From Nannocystis bainbridge (GTDB lineage: Bacteria > Myxococcota_A > Polyangia > Nannocystales > Nannocystaceae), in contig NZ_JAQNDL010000005.1 of NCBI RefSeq assembly GCF_028368995.1, positions 256,001 through 320,000 of the forward strand: a stretch of DNA of 64,000 nt. Direction: 5' to 3'. The notes under the pieces were generated by a model. It had not been told where the DNA came from. It did not search any database and saw nothing but the letters and a program-made list of their open reading frames with translations. How positions within the stretch are numbered: the first letter of the stretch is position 1; every line of letters starts with the position of its first letter. The position numbers were made by a program, and so were the translations under genes. Shown here one piece after another: positions 54,603 through 64,000 of this stretch.

Positions 54603-54682
54603 CGAGGTCACCAGCGCCAGCGCTCGAGATCGCGGCTCACGCCCGCCCGCGCGTGCTCCAGGCCGGGCGCTCCCGAGCCGCC

Positions 54683-56218
54683 CTACCCTGACGCGTGGAC
54701 CTGCAGCTCGCCCACGCCCTGGTACGTCCCGTAGAGCGTCGGCGACGTGAAGATCCGGACCGCGTAGGTCCCCTTCGCCAGCGGCCCGCACGACACCGCC
54801 ACGTCGCGCGTCCCGGTGACCTCGCACTCGACCGCCGCCGCGCTGTCCTCCGGGACAGCCTTGACGATCAGGTTGCGGCCGCGCGGGTTGTCGAGGCTCA
54901 GCGTGAACTCGCGCTGCACCGTCACCTGCGAGCGGCGGGGCTCGACCAGCTGCAGGCCGTCGGCGAAGAACTTGGGCCGCATCATCGGCTGGCGGGCGAA
55001 CTCGCCGCGGGACAGCGGCTGCTCGCGCAGCTGCCAGGCCGGCTCCTCCGGGAAATGCGTCACCCCGATCAGCGCCGGCGGCACGAACAAATAGTCGGAG
55101 CGGTACTCGCGGACGAACGCGCCGTCCTTGAGGTGACCCGAGTCCCACGTGGCGTCGATGAGGTACCAGCGGCCGTCGATGCGCGCGGCGTTCCACGCGT
55201 GCGACTCGCCCTCGACCTCGCGCGACAGCCCGCGCGCGTCGCCGACGACGACCACCACCTCGTCGCCGGTGACCGCCGCGATCGCCCGCATCAGGTTGGC
55301 GTAGCCGGCACACACGGCCAGGCGCGCGGCGAACACCGCCTCGGCGCGCTGGTCGGGGTAGACGTCGCGGTTCAGGTACGACGCGGCGTCGTAGGCGAGG
55401 TGGGTGGCGACGAAGTCGTGGATAGCCTTGATCCGGCGCGCCGGGTCGGGCTCGCTGGCGGCGAGGTGACGGCCGACGGTGTCGATGCTGGTGCGCGCCG
55501 CGTCGGGCATCGCCAGCACCGCCGGGTGGAGCTCCGCCGGCGACGGCCATGCCGGGCCATTCACCGCGACCACGGGCTCGCTCGCGGGCGCGGGCTCGAC
55601 CTCCGGCGTCGGCGTCGGCTCGGCGCCCGTGGGCACGGGCGTCGGCTGCGGCGGCCGCTGCCACGGGTCACGCCACGCGTCGTCCTCGGCGGGCGCCGGC
55701 TGCGGCGCCGGAGCCTCGGCCGGCCGGGTCTCGATCAGCCCCTCGTACTCGTTGTCGTGGGCCGCCTCGTACAGCCACTGCAGGCCGTCGGCCGCCCGCA
55801 GCAGCCCGGCGCGGGCGCGGCCCGTCAGCGGGTGCTGCACGCCCTCGAGGAACCAATCGCCGCGCGTCGAGATCGCCGTGAACACCGCCTCGGGCCGCGA
55901 CCACAGCAGCGCCGTCAAGAACGCCAGGTTGACCACCAGCGTGCGCAGCACGATCCGGTCCCACGTCGTCAGCACCCGCCGGTCGCGCTGCGAGCCCCGG
56001 CGCAGCAGCCGGGACAACATGTCCCAAGCGACAGGTACGATCGGGAACAGCAGCAGGCCCGCGACGCACACCAGCCACACCGGCCCGTTGCGGTAGGCCG
56101 CCAGCGACGAGGCGACCCACACCCCGAGGGCCGGCGCCACCACCACCACGGCCGCCCAGATCGCGCGAAGAAGCCAGAATAACAACGTTCCGAGCCAGCT
56201 CAGCCGCGCACGCGTCAT
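54683..56218 (-). CDS. Membrane-anchored transglutaminase-like domain protein
   Basis: N-terminal TM helices; VCAGYA, SHAWNA and IDATWD Cys-His-Asp triad. Confidence 0.9.
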   Translation of the reverse strand: MTRARLSWLGTLLFWLLRAIWAAVVVVAPALGVWVASSLAAYRNGPVWLVCVAGLLLFPIVPVAWDMLSRLLRRGSQRDRRVLTTWDRIVLRTLVVNLAFLTALLWSRPEAVFTAISTRGDWFLEGVQHPLTGRARAGLLRAADGLQWLYEAAHDNEYEGLIETRPAEAPAPQPAPAEDDAWRDPWQRPPQPTPVPTGAEPTPTPEVEPAPASEPVVAVNGPAWPSPAELHPAVLAMPDAARTSIDTVGRHLAASEPDPARRIKAIHDFVATHLAYDAASYLNRDVYPDQRAEAVFAARLAVCAGYANLMRAIAAVTGDEVVVVVGDARGLSREVEGESHAWNAARIDGRWYLIDATWDSGHLKDGAFVREYRSDYLFVPPALIGVTHFPEEPAWQLREQPLSRGEFARQPMMRPKFFADGLQLVEPRRSQVTVQREFTLSLDNPRGRNLIVKAVPEDSAAAVECEVTGTRDVAVSCGPLAKGTYAVRIFTSPTLYGTYQGVGELQVHASG

Positions 56219-56370
56219 CCTGGCCGAGCCTAGCACGGCGCCGGCGGCCGCGCCGTCCCTGGCGCAGCGGAGCGGCCTGCGCCGGTGGGGCGCGCGCGCT
56301 CACGGGAGCGAAGGGACGCGCGACACGACCCTCGCTACATTCGACGATTCAGCGCACCGCGACGCGCAGC

Positions 56371-56862
56371 TCAGCGGGGCTCGATGTGGAACACCAGCTC
56401 GGCGTGGTCCTCGCGGCCGAGGGCGTCGCTGACGGTCAGCGGCAGCACCCAGTCGCCGGGCGTGGTGAACTCGAGGCTCACCATCCACTTGAAGCCGTCG
56501 GGCGTGACCGGCCAGGCCTCGGCCGCCAGCGCCGCCTCCGACTCGTGGCGCGCGCGCCAGCCCGGCGCCAGCGCCAGCGTGAACGGCGGCTGCGGCACGT
56601 CGCCGTTGAACTGCGGGTCGTCGGGCACGGGATCGGGCCCGACCTCGATGTCGGCCGCGAGCGCCGTCGGGCCGACGTAATCCGGCCAGGCGCGACCCTC
56701 GGCGGCGCGCAAGGCGATCGAGAACTGGCCGTTGTCGGTGGCGATCGGCGTGTCGATCTCGACGTACGGACTGGGGTCCTCCTCGGGCGTACACGCGCCG
56801 GCGGTCACGACCGCGGCGACGAGGACGCTGCTGCTGAGTGCGGTTCGAATGCAGGGCACCAT
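56371..56862 (-). CDS. Putative lipoprotein (Ig/YtkA-like C-terminus)
   Basis: Lipobox AGAC; LEFTTPGDWVLPLTV. Confidence 0.7.
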   Translation of the reverse strand: MVPCIRTALSSSVLVAAVVTAGACTPEEDPSPYVEIDTPIATDNGQFSIALRAAEGRAWPDYVGPTALAADIEVGPDPVPDDPQFNGDVPQPPFTLALAPGWRARHESEAALAAEAWPVTPDGFKWMVSLEFTTPGDWVLPLTVSDALGREDHAELVFHIEPR

Positions 56863-56976
56863 GGTGCACCTCCCGAGGAGTCATACGCCGGGGCGACGGC
56901 CGGGCAACCGCAAGTCATGCGTGCCAGCGGCCTCGAGCGGACGCGAAGGCCTCGCGCGCCGCTCGCCCGGGCTGTC

Positions 56977-59097
56977 TCATCGGCCAGGTGATGCCGGCGC
57001 GATGACGACCTCGGCCTTGAGGATGCGGTCGCCGACCACCAGCGCCAGGGCGGCCGGCAGGCCGTCGCGGACCTCGCCGACGTGGGTGTAGCGGCCGTCG
57101 AGGTGCGGGGCGCGGGCGTGCATGATGAAGAATTGACTGCCGCCGGTGTCCTTGCCGGCGTCGGCGATGCCCACGGCGCCGCGCGCGAATGGAGCGGCGC
57201 CTGGCTCCGAGGGCAGGGTGAACCCCGGACCGCCCCAGCCGGTGCCGCCGGGGTCGCCGCCCTGGACGACGTAGCCGGGCACGACGCGATGGAACGTCAG
57301 GCCGTCGTAGAAGCCGCGCTGGGTCAACGCGACGATCGCCGCCACGTGCCACGGCGCGGCCGCGGGCGCGAGCGCCACGTCGACGCGGCCGCGCTCGGTG
57401 TGCAGCCGCCACAGCAGTTCACGGCCGAGCACCGGCGACGGATCGTGCAGCGGCAGCGGGACTTCGCGGCCGGGCCCGTTGACGCCGGGATCTTCGCCGG
57501 CGATCGCCTTCACGCAGGCGCGGGCCGCCGCGCGCACGCTGGCGTTCACGTCGGTGAGCGCGGCGCGACAGACCGGCAGCCCGCGCGCCCCGCCGACCTC
57601 GGCCAGCGCGCCCGCGAGGCCGGCGAACAGCTCGCCGTCGCGTTCGCCCGCGGCCCGCTCGACCAGCGCGTCGACGATCGCCGGCGCCTCCGGCCGCGGC
57701 GCGTCGCCGGCGAAGCGCCCCTGGACCGCCTCGGCCGCGGTGCCCACGACCGCCGGCGAGCTGTCCCGAAGGCCAGCCGCGATCAGGCCGCCGAGTTCGA
57801 GCGCGTCCCACTGCCGACCCGCCGCCGCCAGCGTGGCCGCCCGCACCCGCGGATCGTCGCTGGCCGCCAGCGCCGTCAGTCGGGCCGCCCGCGCCGGCCC
57901 GCCGAAGCCCTGGCCGAGCAGACCTGCCTCGAAGGCCAGCCGCTCGAGGTCCGCCGCCGCCCCGACCGCCTCGGCGCAGCGCAGCGGCGGCCGCCACTCG
58001 CCCGCGCGGGCCGCCAGCGCCGCCAGCCCGCACGCCAGCCGCGCCTGCACCCGCCGCGCCTCCGGCCGCGCCGCCGCCAGCCGGGCCTCGGCGCGCGCGT
58101 GGGCCTCGGCGGCCCCGGGCAGGACGTCCTTGCCGGCTGTCACGATGGACATGGCCTCGAGGACAGGGTGTCCAGAACCTGTCCCATCGAACATGTCCTT
58201 TTGTTCAAGCTCGGCGCGCAGCCAGTCCCACAGCGCCGCGGTCGCGGCCGGCTCGGCCAGCTCGCCGAGACCGCGGACCGCCGCCACCCGCACCCACGGA
58301 TCGGCGTCGCCGAGGCCCGCGCGCAGGGCCGCCAGCGCCTGCGGGGGCCGGTGCCGGGCCAGGCCCTTCAGCGCCAGCGCCCGCACCTCGGGCTCGGCCG
58401 CCGCGGCCGCACGCACCAGCGCCGCCGCGCCCGGGTCGATCGCCGCCTCGCGCACCGGCGCTGCTACCTCTGCGTCGGGCTTCGCCGCGGGCGCGTGGGC
58501 CAGCCCGTAGACCGCCGCGTAGACCCGCCGCGGATCGCCCTCGCCCGCCATCGCCACCAGCCCGGCGCGGGCCGCCTCATCGAGCGGCAGCCCGCGCCGA
58601 CCGAGGATCCCCAGCACGATCGCCGCCGCCTCGCGCACCGCCGGCGCCTCCTCGGGTCGCAGCGCCGCGGCCAGGCGCGCGCTCGCGGCCCCGCTGCCGA
58701 GCCGCCGCATCGCCAGCACGATCGCCAATCGCTCGTCCGCCCCCGCCGCCGGCCACCGCTGCCACACGGCGTCCTCGAACCGCGCCACCTCGGACCCGAG
58801 CGCCCCGGCGACGTCGAGCGCGCGCATGGCCGCCGCCCGCGTGGCCGCGTCGGGGCTCGCCAGCAGCGCGTCGAGCCGCGTCAGCGCGACCGCGTCGCCG
58901 ATCCGCCCGAGCCCCTCGATCGCCGCCGGGTTCGCCTCCGTGGCCAGCCGCGCCAGCTCGGCCGAGCCGCCCTCGCGCCGCGCCTCGAGGCGAGCGAGCG
59001 CGAGGCCCGGATCGTCGCCGCCGTCCGGCGGTCCCGACGGCCGCGCGCACCCGGCCACCAGCGCGATCGACAGCAGGAAGGAGCGCGGAGCCAGCAT
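56977..59097 (-). CDS. HEAT-repeat lipoprotein with cyclophilin-type PPIase
   Basis: Lipobox VAGC; GFYDGLTFHRVVPGYVVQGGDP, GKDTGGSQFFI, PHLDGRYT. Confidence 0.93.
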   Translation of the reverse strand: MLAPRSFLLSIALVAGCARPSGPPDGGDDPGLALARLEARREGGSAELARLATEANPAAIEGLGRIGDAVALTRLDALLASPDAATRAAAMRALDVAGALGSEVARFEDAVWQRWPAAGADERLAIVLAMRRLGSGAASARLAAALRPEEAPAVREAAAIVLGILGRRGLPLDEAARAGLVAMAGEGDPRRVYAAVYGLAHAPAAKPDAEVAAPVREAAIDPGAAALVRAAAAAEPEVRALALKGLARHRPPQALAALRAGLGDADPWVRVAAVRGLGELAEPAATAALWDWLRAELEQKDMFDGTGSGHPVLEAMSIVTAGKDVLPGAAEAHARAEARLAAARPEARRVQARLACGLAALAARAGEWRPPLRCAEAVGAAADLERLAFEAGLLGQGFGGPARAARLTALAASDDPRVRAATLAAAGRQWDALELGGLIAAGLRDSSPAVVGTAAEAVQGRFAGDAPRPEAPAIVDALVERAAGERDGELFAGLAGALAEVGGARGLPVCRAALTDVNASVRAAARACVKAIAGEDPGVNGPGREVPLPLHDPSPVLGRELLWRLHTERGRVDVALAPAAAPWHVAAIVALTQRGFYDGLTFHRVVPGYVVQGGDPGGTGWGGPGFTLPSEPGAAPFARGAVGIADAGKDTGGSQFFIMHARAPHLDGRYTHVGEVRDGLPAALALVVGDRILKAEVVIAPASPGR
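58147..58209. repeat. 14-bp lattice inside the HEAT/PPIase CDS
   Basis: Nodes at 58150 CATG, 58164 CAGG, 58178 CCTG, 58192 CATG and 58206 CAAG; locally AT-richer codons. Confidence 0.8.
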
Positions 59098-59112
59098 GGC
59101 CGAAAGGTCAGG

Positions 59113-59703
59113 TCACAGGCACCGCTGCCCGCAGCTGCCCTGCGCGCAGGTGAACAGGCCCACGATCGCCGGGCTCTGCATCGGGTTGACCATGCACTCC
59201 TGCGCGCACTGCTGCGGGTCGCTGTCGGCGATGCAGGCGAAGAAGCAGGCGCAGTCCTCGTCGGCGGCGCAGGCCACCTGCTCGTCGCAGCAGCCGTCCT
59301 TGAGGCAGGCCAGGCACGGATCGTCGCCCGGGGCCGGCGCGCACACGTCGGGCTCGCCGGTGGTCGTGCTGGTGTCGCCGGTCGAAGTCGAGGTCTCGCC
59401 GGTGGTGGTCGAGGTCGTCGTGCCCGGCTCGGTGGTCGTGATCGGTTCGCCGGTGGATGTCGTCGTGCCGGGGAAGGTCGTGGTCGGCTCCTCCGTCGTC
59501 GCCGTCCCCGTCGCCGTCGCCGTCCCGTCGGTGGTGCCGGTCGTCGTCGTGCTGGTCGTCGTCGTCGTCGCGTCGGTGCCCGTCTCGGTGCCGGTGCTCG
59601 TGGTCGTCTCGGTCGCGGTGCCCGTCGCCTCCTCCTTGCCGTTGCAGGCCGGCGAGGCGACGAGGATCAGGGAGAGGCAGGCGAAGGTCAGATCGTGGCG
59701 CAT
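59113..59703 (-). CDS. Thr-rich lipoprotein with small Cys-rich C-terminal domain
   Basis: SPAC lipobox-like site; CLACLKDGCC...C motif; AGGAG RBS. Confidence 0.82.
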   Translation of the reverse strand: MRHDLTFACLSLILVASPACNGKEEATGTATETTTSTGTETGTDATTTTTSTTTTGTTDGTATATGTATTEEPTTTFPGTTTSTGEPITTTEPGTTTSTTTGETSTSTGDTSTTTGEPDVCAPAPGDDPCLACLKDGCCDEQVACAADEDCACFFACIADSDPQQCAQECMVNPMQSPAIVGLFTCAQGSCGQRCL

Positions 59704-59818
59704 GGTCGAACTCCTGGGTAAGGCGAGTGAAGCCGCGATCGTACGGCACGGCTCCGCCGCTCACCAGGCCCGCGTCGAATGACATGTCCTTGAGGACATG
59801 TCCCTCGCGCCAGGGGCC

Positions 59819-60127
59819 TCAGATCCCCATGCGCGACAGCGCGTCGACCACCGACTCGATCGCGGTCGCGACCTGCGGGTGGTCGACCTCGAATTGCCGG
59901 GCCGAAGCGCGCAGTTGATCGACCGTCTCGACGTCGGCGAGCGTCGCCACCGGCCGCGTCGCCAGCTCGCCGCGGTGATGGGCCTCGAGGCGGTCGGCGA
60001 TCTCGCGCAGCGTCTGCGACAACATCCCGCGCACCTCGGGATCGGCGGTCGACACCGTCTCGAGCTCCTGATGCAAATGTGTAAGGGTCTGGCGCAGTTG
60101 GTCCGAGTGACTCACATGGGGGACCAT
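59819..60127 (-). CDS. DUF4404-like small helical protein
   Basis: LRQTLTHLHQELE...FEVDHPQVATAIESVVDALSRMGI. Confidence 0.8.
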   Translation of the reverse strand: MVPHVSHSDQLRQTLTHLHQELETVSTADPEVRGMLSQTLREIADRLEAHHRGELATRPVATLADVETVDQLRASARQFEVDHPQVATAIESVVDALSRMGI

Positions 60128-60213
60128 AGAGGATCTTGGCGGGCTGACAAGCGGGCGCAGCCCGGCGGCTCTGGCTTCCAGCGGCGCGGTGACCGGCGTA
60201 CAGTCCCGGCTCG

Positions 60214-61662
60214 ATGCAGCAGCCAAGGATCAGCCGTCGGCGTCTGGCCGGCCTCTTCGTGTGGGCCGGCGCGGCCCATGCCCTCCCCGCCTGCGGTCAA
60301 GCCGCCCCTGCCGAGAAGCGCGTGCTCGTGCTCGGAGCGGGTCTCGCCGGCCTCTCTGCGGCCTGGGAGCTACAGCAGCTCGGCTACGAGGTCACCGTGC
60401 TCGAGGGCCGCGACCGCGTCGGCGGCCGCGTGTGGACCTTGCGCGAGGGCCTCGAGCAGGGCCAGTTCGCCGAGATCGGCGCGGTGCGGATCCCCGACGT
60501 GCACGAGCGGACCCTCGAGTACTGCGAGATGCTGGGCCTCGAGCTCGACGAGTACAAGGACGGCGCGCCGCTCTACTACATCGACGGCAAGACCTTCCTG
60601 CACGTCGAGGGCGAGCCGTGGCCGGTCGACGGCCTCACGGACGACGAGAAGGGCCTCGGCCTCGGCGACTACTGGACCCGCGAGATCGCGGCGACCTTCA
60701 CCGAGTTCGGCGACCCGCGCATCAACGGCTTCCCCAAGCCGGGCATCGTCGCAGAGTACGACGGCATGGTCTACGCCGATTTCCTGCGCATGAAGGGCAC
60801 CAGCGAGGCCTACCTCAAGCTCTACGCCGCCGACAACGGCTCCGAGATCAGCACCATCGGCACGCTGGCGTGGATGGGCGCCGAGGTGGCCGACAAGGAC
60901 TGGGGCGCGACCTATCACATCCGCGGCGGCAACGACCAGCTGACCGAGAAGCTCGCTGACGAGGTCGGGCGCGCCAACATCCAGCTCGGCAGCAAGGTCA
61001 CCAAGATCGAGCACGACGACGCCGGCGTGACGGTCACGTTCAGCGGGCCCGACGGCGAGGCCTCGCTGTCTGCCGATTACCTGGTGTGCGCGATCCCCTT
61101 CACCACCCTGCGCGACGTCACCATCGAGCCGGCCTTCTCCGCCGACAAGACGCGGGCGATCAAGGAGCTGTTCCTGATGAACGCCGGCCGCGGCTACATC
61201 CAGACCAAGACTCGCTTCTGGGAGAAGGACGGCATCGGCGGCCTCAAGATCGCCAAGACCGACGGCCCGGCCGAGCGCATCTGGAACCTCAGCGACGTCC
61301 AGCCCGAGGGCACGACGATGGGCGTGATCCAGTCGTACACCCAGAACCACAACGCCGACGCCTACTGCGGCGTCGCCCCGGCCGAGCGCGAGGAGTTCTG
61401 CCTCGCCGAGGTCGAGAAGTTCTTCCCCGACATCCGCGCCGAGAAGGTCGCCTTCTTCCACTACTGCTGGTCCGACGACCCGTGGGCCAAGGGCGCGTGG
61501 ACCGACATCCTGCCCGACCAGTGGTGGATCGTCGCCGCCACCCGCAAGCCCGAGGGCCGCGTCACCTTCGCCGGCGAGCACACCTCGGTGTGGGCCGGCT
61601 GGATGCAGGGCGCGATCGAGTCCGGCCAGCGCGCCGCCGACGAGATCGCGGCGATGGGCTGA
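60214..61662 (+). CDS. Flavin monoamine/L-amino acid oxidase family, predicted Tat lipoprotein
   Basis: SRRRL plus LPAC; GAGLAGL, EGRDRVGGR, FAGEHTS...MQGAIESG. Confidence 0.92.
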   Translation: MQQPRISRRRLAGLFVWAGAAHALPACGQAAPAEKRVLVLGAGLAGLSAAWELQQLGYEVTVLEGRDRVGGRVWTLREGLEQGQFAEIGAVRIPDVHERTLEYCEMLGLELDEYKDGAPLYYIDGKTFLHVEGEPWPVDGLTDDEKGLGLGDYWTREIAATFTEFGDPRINGFPKPGIVAEYDGMVYADFLRMKGTSEAYLKLYAADNGSEISTIGTLAWMGAEVADKDWGATYHIRGGNDQLTEKLADEVGRANIQLGSKVTKIEHDDAGVTVTFSGPDGEASLSADYLVCAIPFTTLRDVTIEPAFSADKTRAIKELFLMNAGRGYIQTKTRFWEKDGIGGLKIAKTDGPAERIWNLSDVQPEGTTMGVIQSYTQNHNADAYCGVAPAEREEFCLAEVEKFFPDIRAEKVAFFHYCWSDDPWAKGAWTDILPDQWWIVAATRKPEGRVTFAGEHTSVWAGWMQGAIESGQRAADEIAAMG

Positions 61663-61668
61663 GCTTCG

Positions 61669-61746
61669 GGGCATGTCCTGCAGGACATGCCCTCTCGGAC
61701 ATGCGTGAAGGGACATGCCCGACCGGGCATGTCCCTTTCGTCATGC
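61669..61746. repeat. 14-bp lattice (6 nodes) just after the oxidase stop
   Basis: CATG at 61672, 61686, 61700, 61714, 61728 and 61742. Confidence 0.93.
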
Positions 61747-61871
61747 GCGCGCGGAGCGGACCCCCCGACCGCGACCTCTGCCTGCGCGCGCGGGGCGAAT
61801 GCACGGCCGAGCTCGCCGAGGACGGACAGCCGTCACTCGCGCTGCGCCCGGCAGCCCGACCCTCGCGCTGG

Positions 61872-61932
61872 CCTGCCCACGCGGCGTGCCCTGCCCACGC
61901 GGCTTGCCCTGCCCACGCGGCGTGCCCTGCCC
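61872..61932. repeat. 18-bp tandem repeat, about 3.4 copies
   Basis: Unit CCTGCCCACGCGGC(G/T)TGC. Confidence 0.85.
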
Positions 61933-62140
61933 CGCGTCCCTGCGCACGCGGCAGTCCGCACCTGCACGCGCGACCGCGCCGTGCGTCGGACTCGCCGTGC
62001 GCGCCGGGTGATTGTCCGCGACGGCGCGAGGGAGCGCCGCCTCCGCGTGCTCGCCTCCCTCACCTCGCCGCGGCGGCGCCGCCGGCTTTCTCGCGTGCCC
62101 GCCGGCGGCAAACGGCCGATCATCGCGGCGCCTCCTCGCC

Positions 62141-63367
62141 ATGACGGCCCCCGCGTCCCCCTCGATCTTCGCCAACCGCGACGTCGCCCTCTACTGGTGC
62201 GTCCGCCTGTGCTCGATGATGGCGTTCCAGATGCTGGCCGTCGCCGTCGGCTGGCAGGTCTACGAGCTGACCGACAGCGCCCTCGCGCTCGGCTACGTCG
62301 GCCTCGCGGGCTTCATGCCGGCGGTGCTGCTGGTGCTCGTCGCGGGCCAGGTCGCCGACAGGTTCGATCGCCGGCGCGTGGTCCAGATCGGTCACGTGCT
62401 CGAGGGCCTGGTGTCGCTGGCGCTGGCGCTCGGCTGCTGGCAGGGCTGGCTCGACGTCACCGGCATCTTCGTCGGCGTGTTCGTGCTCGGGATCGGCAAG
62501 GCGTTCGCCGCCCCGTCGCTGTCGGCCCTGTTGCCCGCGCTGGTGACCCCGGCCGAGCTGCCGCAGGCCGTCAGTGCCACCAGCGCGGCCACGCAATCGG
62601 CGGTGATCCTCGGCCCCGCGCTCGGCGGCTTCCTCTACCTCGCCGGGGCCGGGGCGGTGTACGCCGTCGGCGCCGCGCTGTTCGCCGCCTCGGTCACGCT
62701 GCTCGGCGTCATCCGCCGCCCGCAGGCGCCGGCGATCGCCGTCTCGCCCGACCCCGAGGCCGGCTCGGTGTTCGCCGGCATCCGCTACATCCGCAGCCAG
62801 CCGGTGGTGCTCGGCGCCATCTCGCTCGATCTGTTCGCGGTGCTGCTCGGCGGCGCCACGGCGATCCTGCCGATCATCGCCCGCGACCTCGTGCACACCG
62901 GCCCGATCGGCCTCGGCTTCATGCGCTCGGCCCCGGCCGTCGGCGCGCTGGCGATCTCGTTCTGGCTGGCCCGGCGACCGATCGAGCGCCGCGCCGGCCA
63001 CGTGATGTTCGCCGGCGTGGCGGTGTTCGGCCTGGCGACGATCGTGCTCGGCGTCTCGGAGTCGCTGGCGCTGTCGCTGGTCGCCCTGCTGGTGCTCGGC
63101 GCGGCCGACATGCTGAGCGTGGTCATCCGCTCGTCGCTGGTCCAGCTCGAGACCCCCGACATCTACCGCGGCCGCGTCAACGCCGTGAACTACCTGTTCA
63201 TCGGCGCCTCGAACCAGCTCGGGGAGTTCCGCTCCGGCGTCACCGCGGCGTGGATGGGCCTGGTACCGTCGATCGTGTTCGGCGGGGTCGGCACGCTGGT
63301 GTGCGTGCTGCTGTGGATGAAGTGGTTCCCGGCGCTGGCCCAGCGCGACCGCCTGACGGGCGGCTGA
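62141..63367 (+). CDS. MFS transporter (EntS/DHA3-like)
   Basis: GWQVYELTDSALALG, AGQVADRFDRRR, SLDLFAVLLGGATA, FIGASNQLGEF. Confidence 0.93.
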   Translation: MTAPASPSIFANRDVALYWCVRLCSMMAFQMLAVAVGWQVYELTDSALALGYVGLAGFMPAVLLVLVAGQVADRFDRRRVVQIGHVLEGLVSLALALGCWQGWLDVTGIFVGVFVLGIGKAFAAPSLSALLPALVTPAELPQAVSATSAATQSAVILGPALGGFLYLAGAGAVYAVGAALFAASVTLLGVIRRPQAPAIAVSPDPEAGSVFAGIRYIRSQPVVLGAISLDLFAVLLGGATAILPIIARDLVHTGPIGLGFMRSAPAVGALAISFWLARRPIERRAGHVMFAGVAVFGLATIVLGVSESLALSLVALLVLGAADMLSVVIRSSLVQLETPDIYRGRVNAVNYLFIGASNQLGEFRSGVTAAWMGLVPSIVFGGVGTLVCVLLWMKWFPALAQRDRLTGG

Positions 63368-63417
63368 GCCGGGTCGATGGGACCGACGAGCCGATTGACC
63401 CCCCCAGCCTGCCCACG

Positions 63418-63729
63418 TTACAGAAGATAGCATCCCATCAGTTGCGTATTAGCCGACACCACCTCGATCCGTCGGTCGAGCCACATTTCATCACAATTAT
63501 GATGAATATTGCATGCTCGACATAATGGAGCGATATATTTGCCTTGCCCGCTACGACGATCGACGATTTGTACATGTGCGCCAACTGTCGCCTCGTTGCT
63601 GCACCCTAATACTGCGCAAGACACTCGTCTCGATCCTGTCGCATTTTTCCAGTGCTGAAGCCAAGAGCCACAGCTACACCTTCGCCAGGAACTTCCGCCG
63701 AGGTTCTTGACCAACAAATTCGAGTTCAT
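63418..63729 (-). CDS. Small low-GC Cys/His-rich protein, HNH/His-Me-finger-like
   Basis: CSC, CAVLGC...VGAHV...LCRACN; markedly AT-richer than its flanks. Confidence 0.7.
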   Translation of the reverse strand: MNSNLLVKNLGGSSWRRCSCGSWLQHWKNATGSRRVSCAVLGCSNEATVGAHVQIVDRRSGQGKYIAPLCRACNIHHNCDEMWLDRRIEVVSANTQLMGCYLL

Positions 63730-63859
63730 GTTTGGCACAAGTTTGAAGGTTACCTGAGCTCCATTCGCGACCAAACTGTCGCTGAAGAGCAAAATCGCCC
63801 ATCAACACAGTTCCGGGCGCGATAGCGTCGTTCACCCGCTCACCATCGCGCGCGCCGGT

Positions 63860-64000
63860 TCAGCCCGCGAACGCCTTGCCGGCGATCACGCCCAGCGGCG
63901 TCGTCGACCCCGCCGCCCCGCCGCCGACCGACGCCGCTGAGGGGTCGAACGCTCGCAGGCACGTCAGCAGCACGTCGGACATGTTGCCGTCGCTGTACGG
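63860..64000 (-). CDS. 3' end of a gene entering from beyond the window (possibly DUF1552-like)
   Basis: PYSDGNMSDVLLTCLRAFDPSAASVGGGAAGSTTPLGVIAGKAFAG*. Confidence 0.55.
   Translation of the reverse strand, partial: PYSDGNMSDVLLTCLRAFDPSAASVGGGAAGSTTPLGVIAGKAFAG

Noticed and set aside
24866-61746. 14-bp lattices as CRISPR arrays
   Set aside because: The period is only 14 bp with 4-bp variable cores, the repeats are degenerate, and no cas genes are present.

Overview
High-GC (roughly 70-75% by eye) myxobacterial DNA. The Thr-rich lipoproteins, Ser/Thr kinase-WD40/TPR fusions and kinase-linked ECF sigma factor suggest Nannocystis or a relative (inference). The window holds about 45 genes and gene remnants: signalling proteins (a PP2C phosphatase, three full-length Ser/Thr kinases of which one is a probable pseudokinase, an ECF sigma factor, a PAS-STAS protein, three histidine kinases and a receiver), many lipoproteins (including a tandem truncated-haemoglobin protein), a GH15/glucose dehydrogenase/gluconokinase trio, and several frameshifted or nonsense remnants. 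There is also a lower-GC decaying island at about 29.06-32.3 kb. The strongest unexplained signal is a dispersed 14-bp palindrome, TGTCC-N4-GGACA. I counted 14 perfect copies by eye, and it also forms head-to-tail lattices with an exact 14-bp period at gene 3' ends and in frame inside coding sequences. No rRNA, tRNA or CRISPR array was seen. All family assignments come from motif recognition, not database searches.
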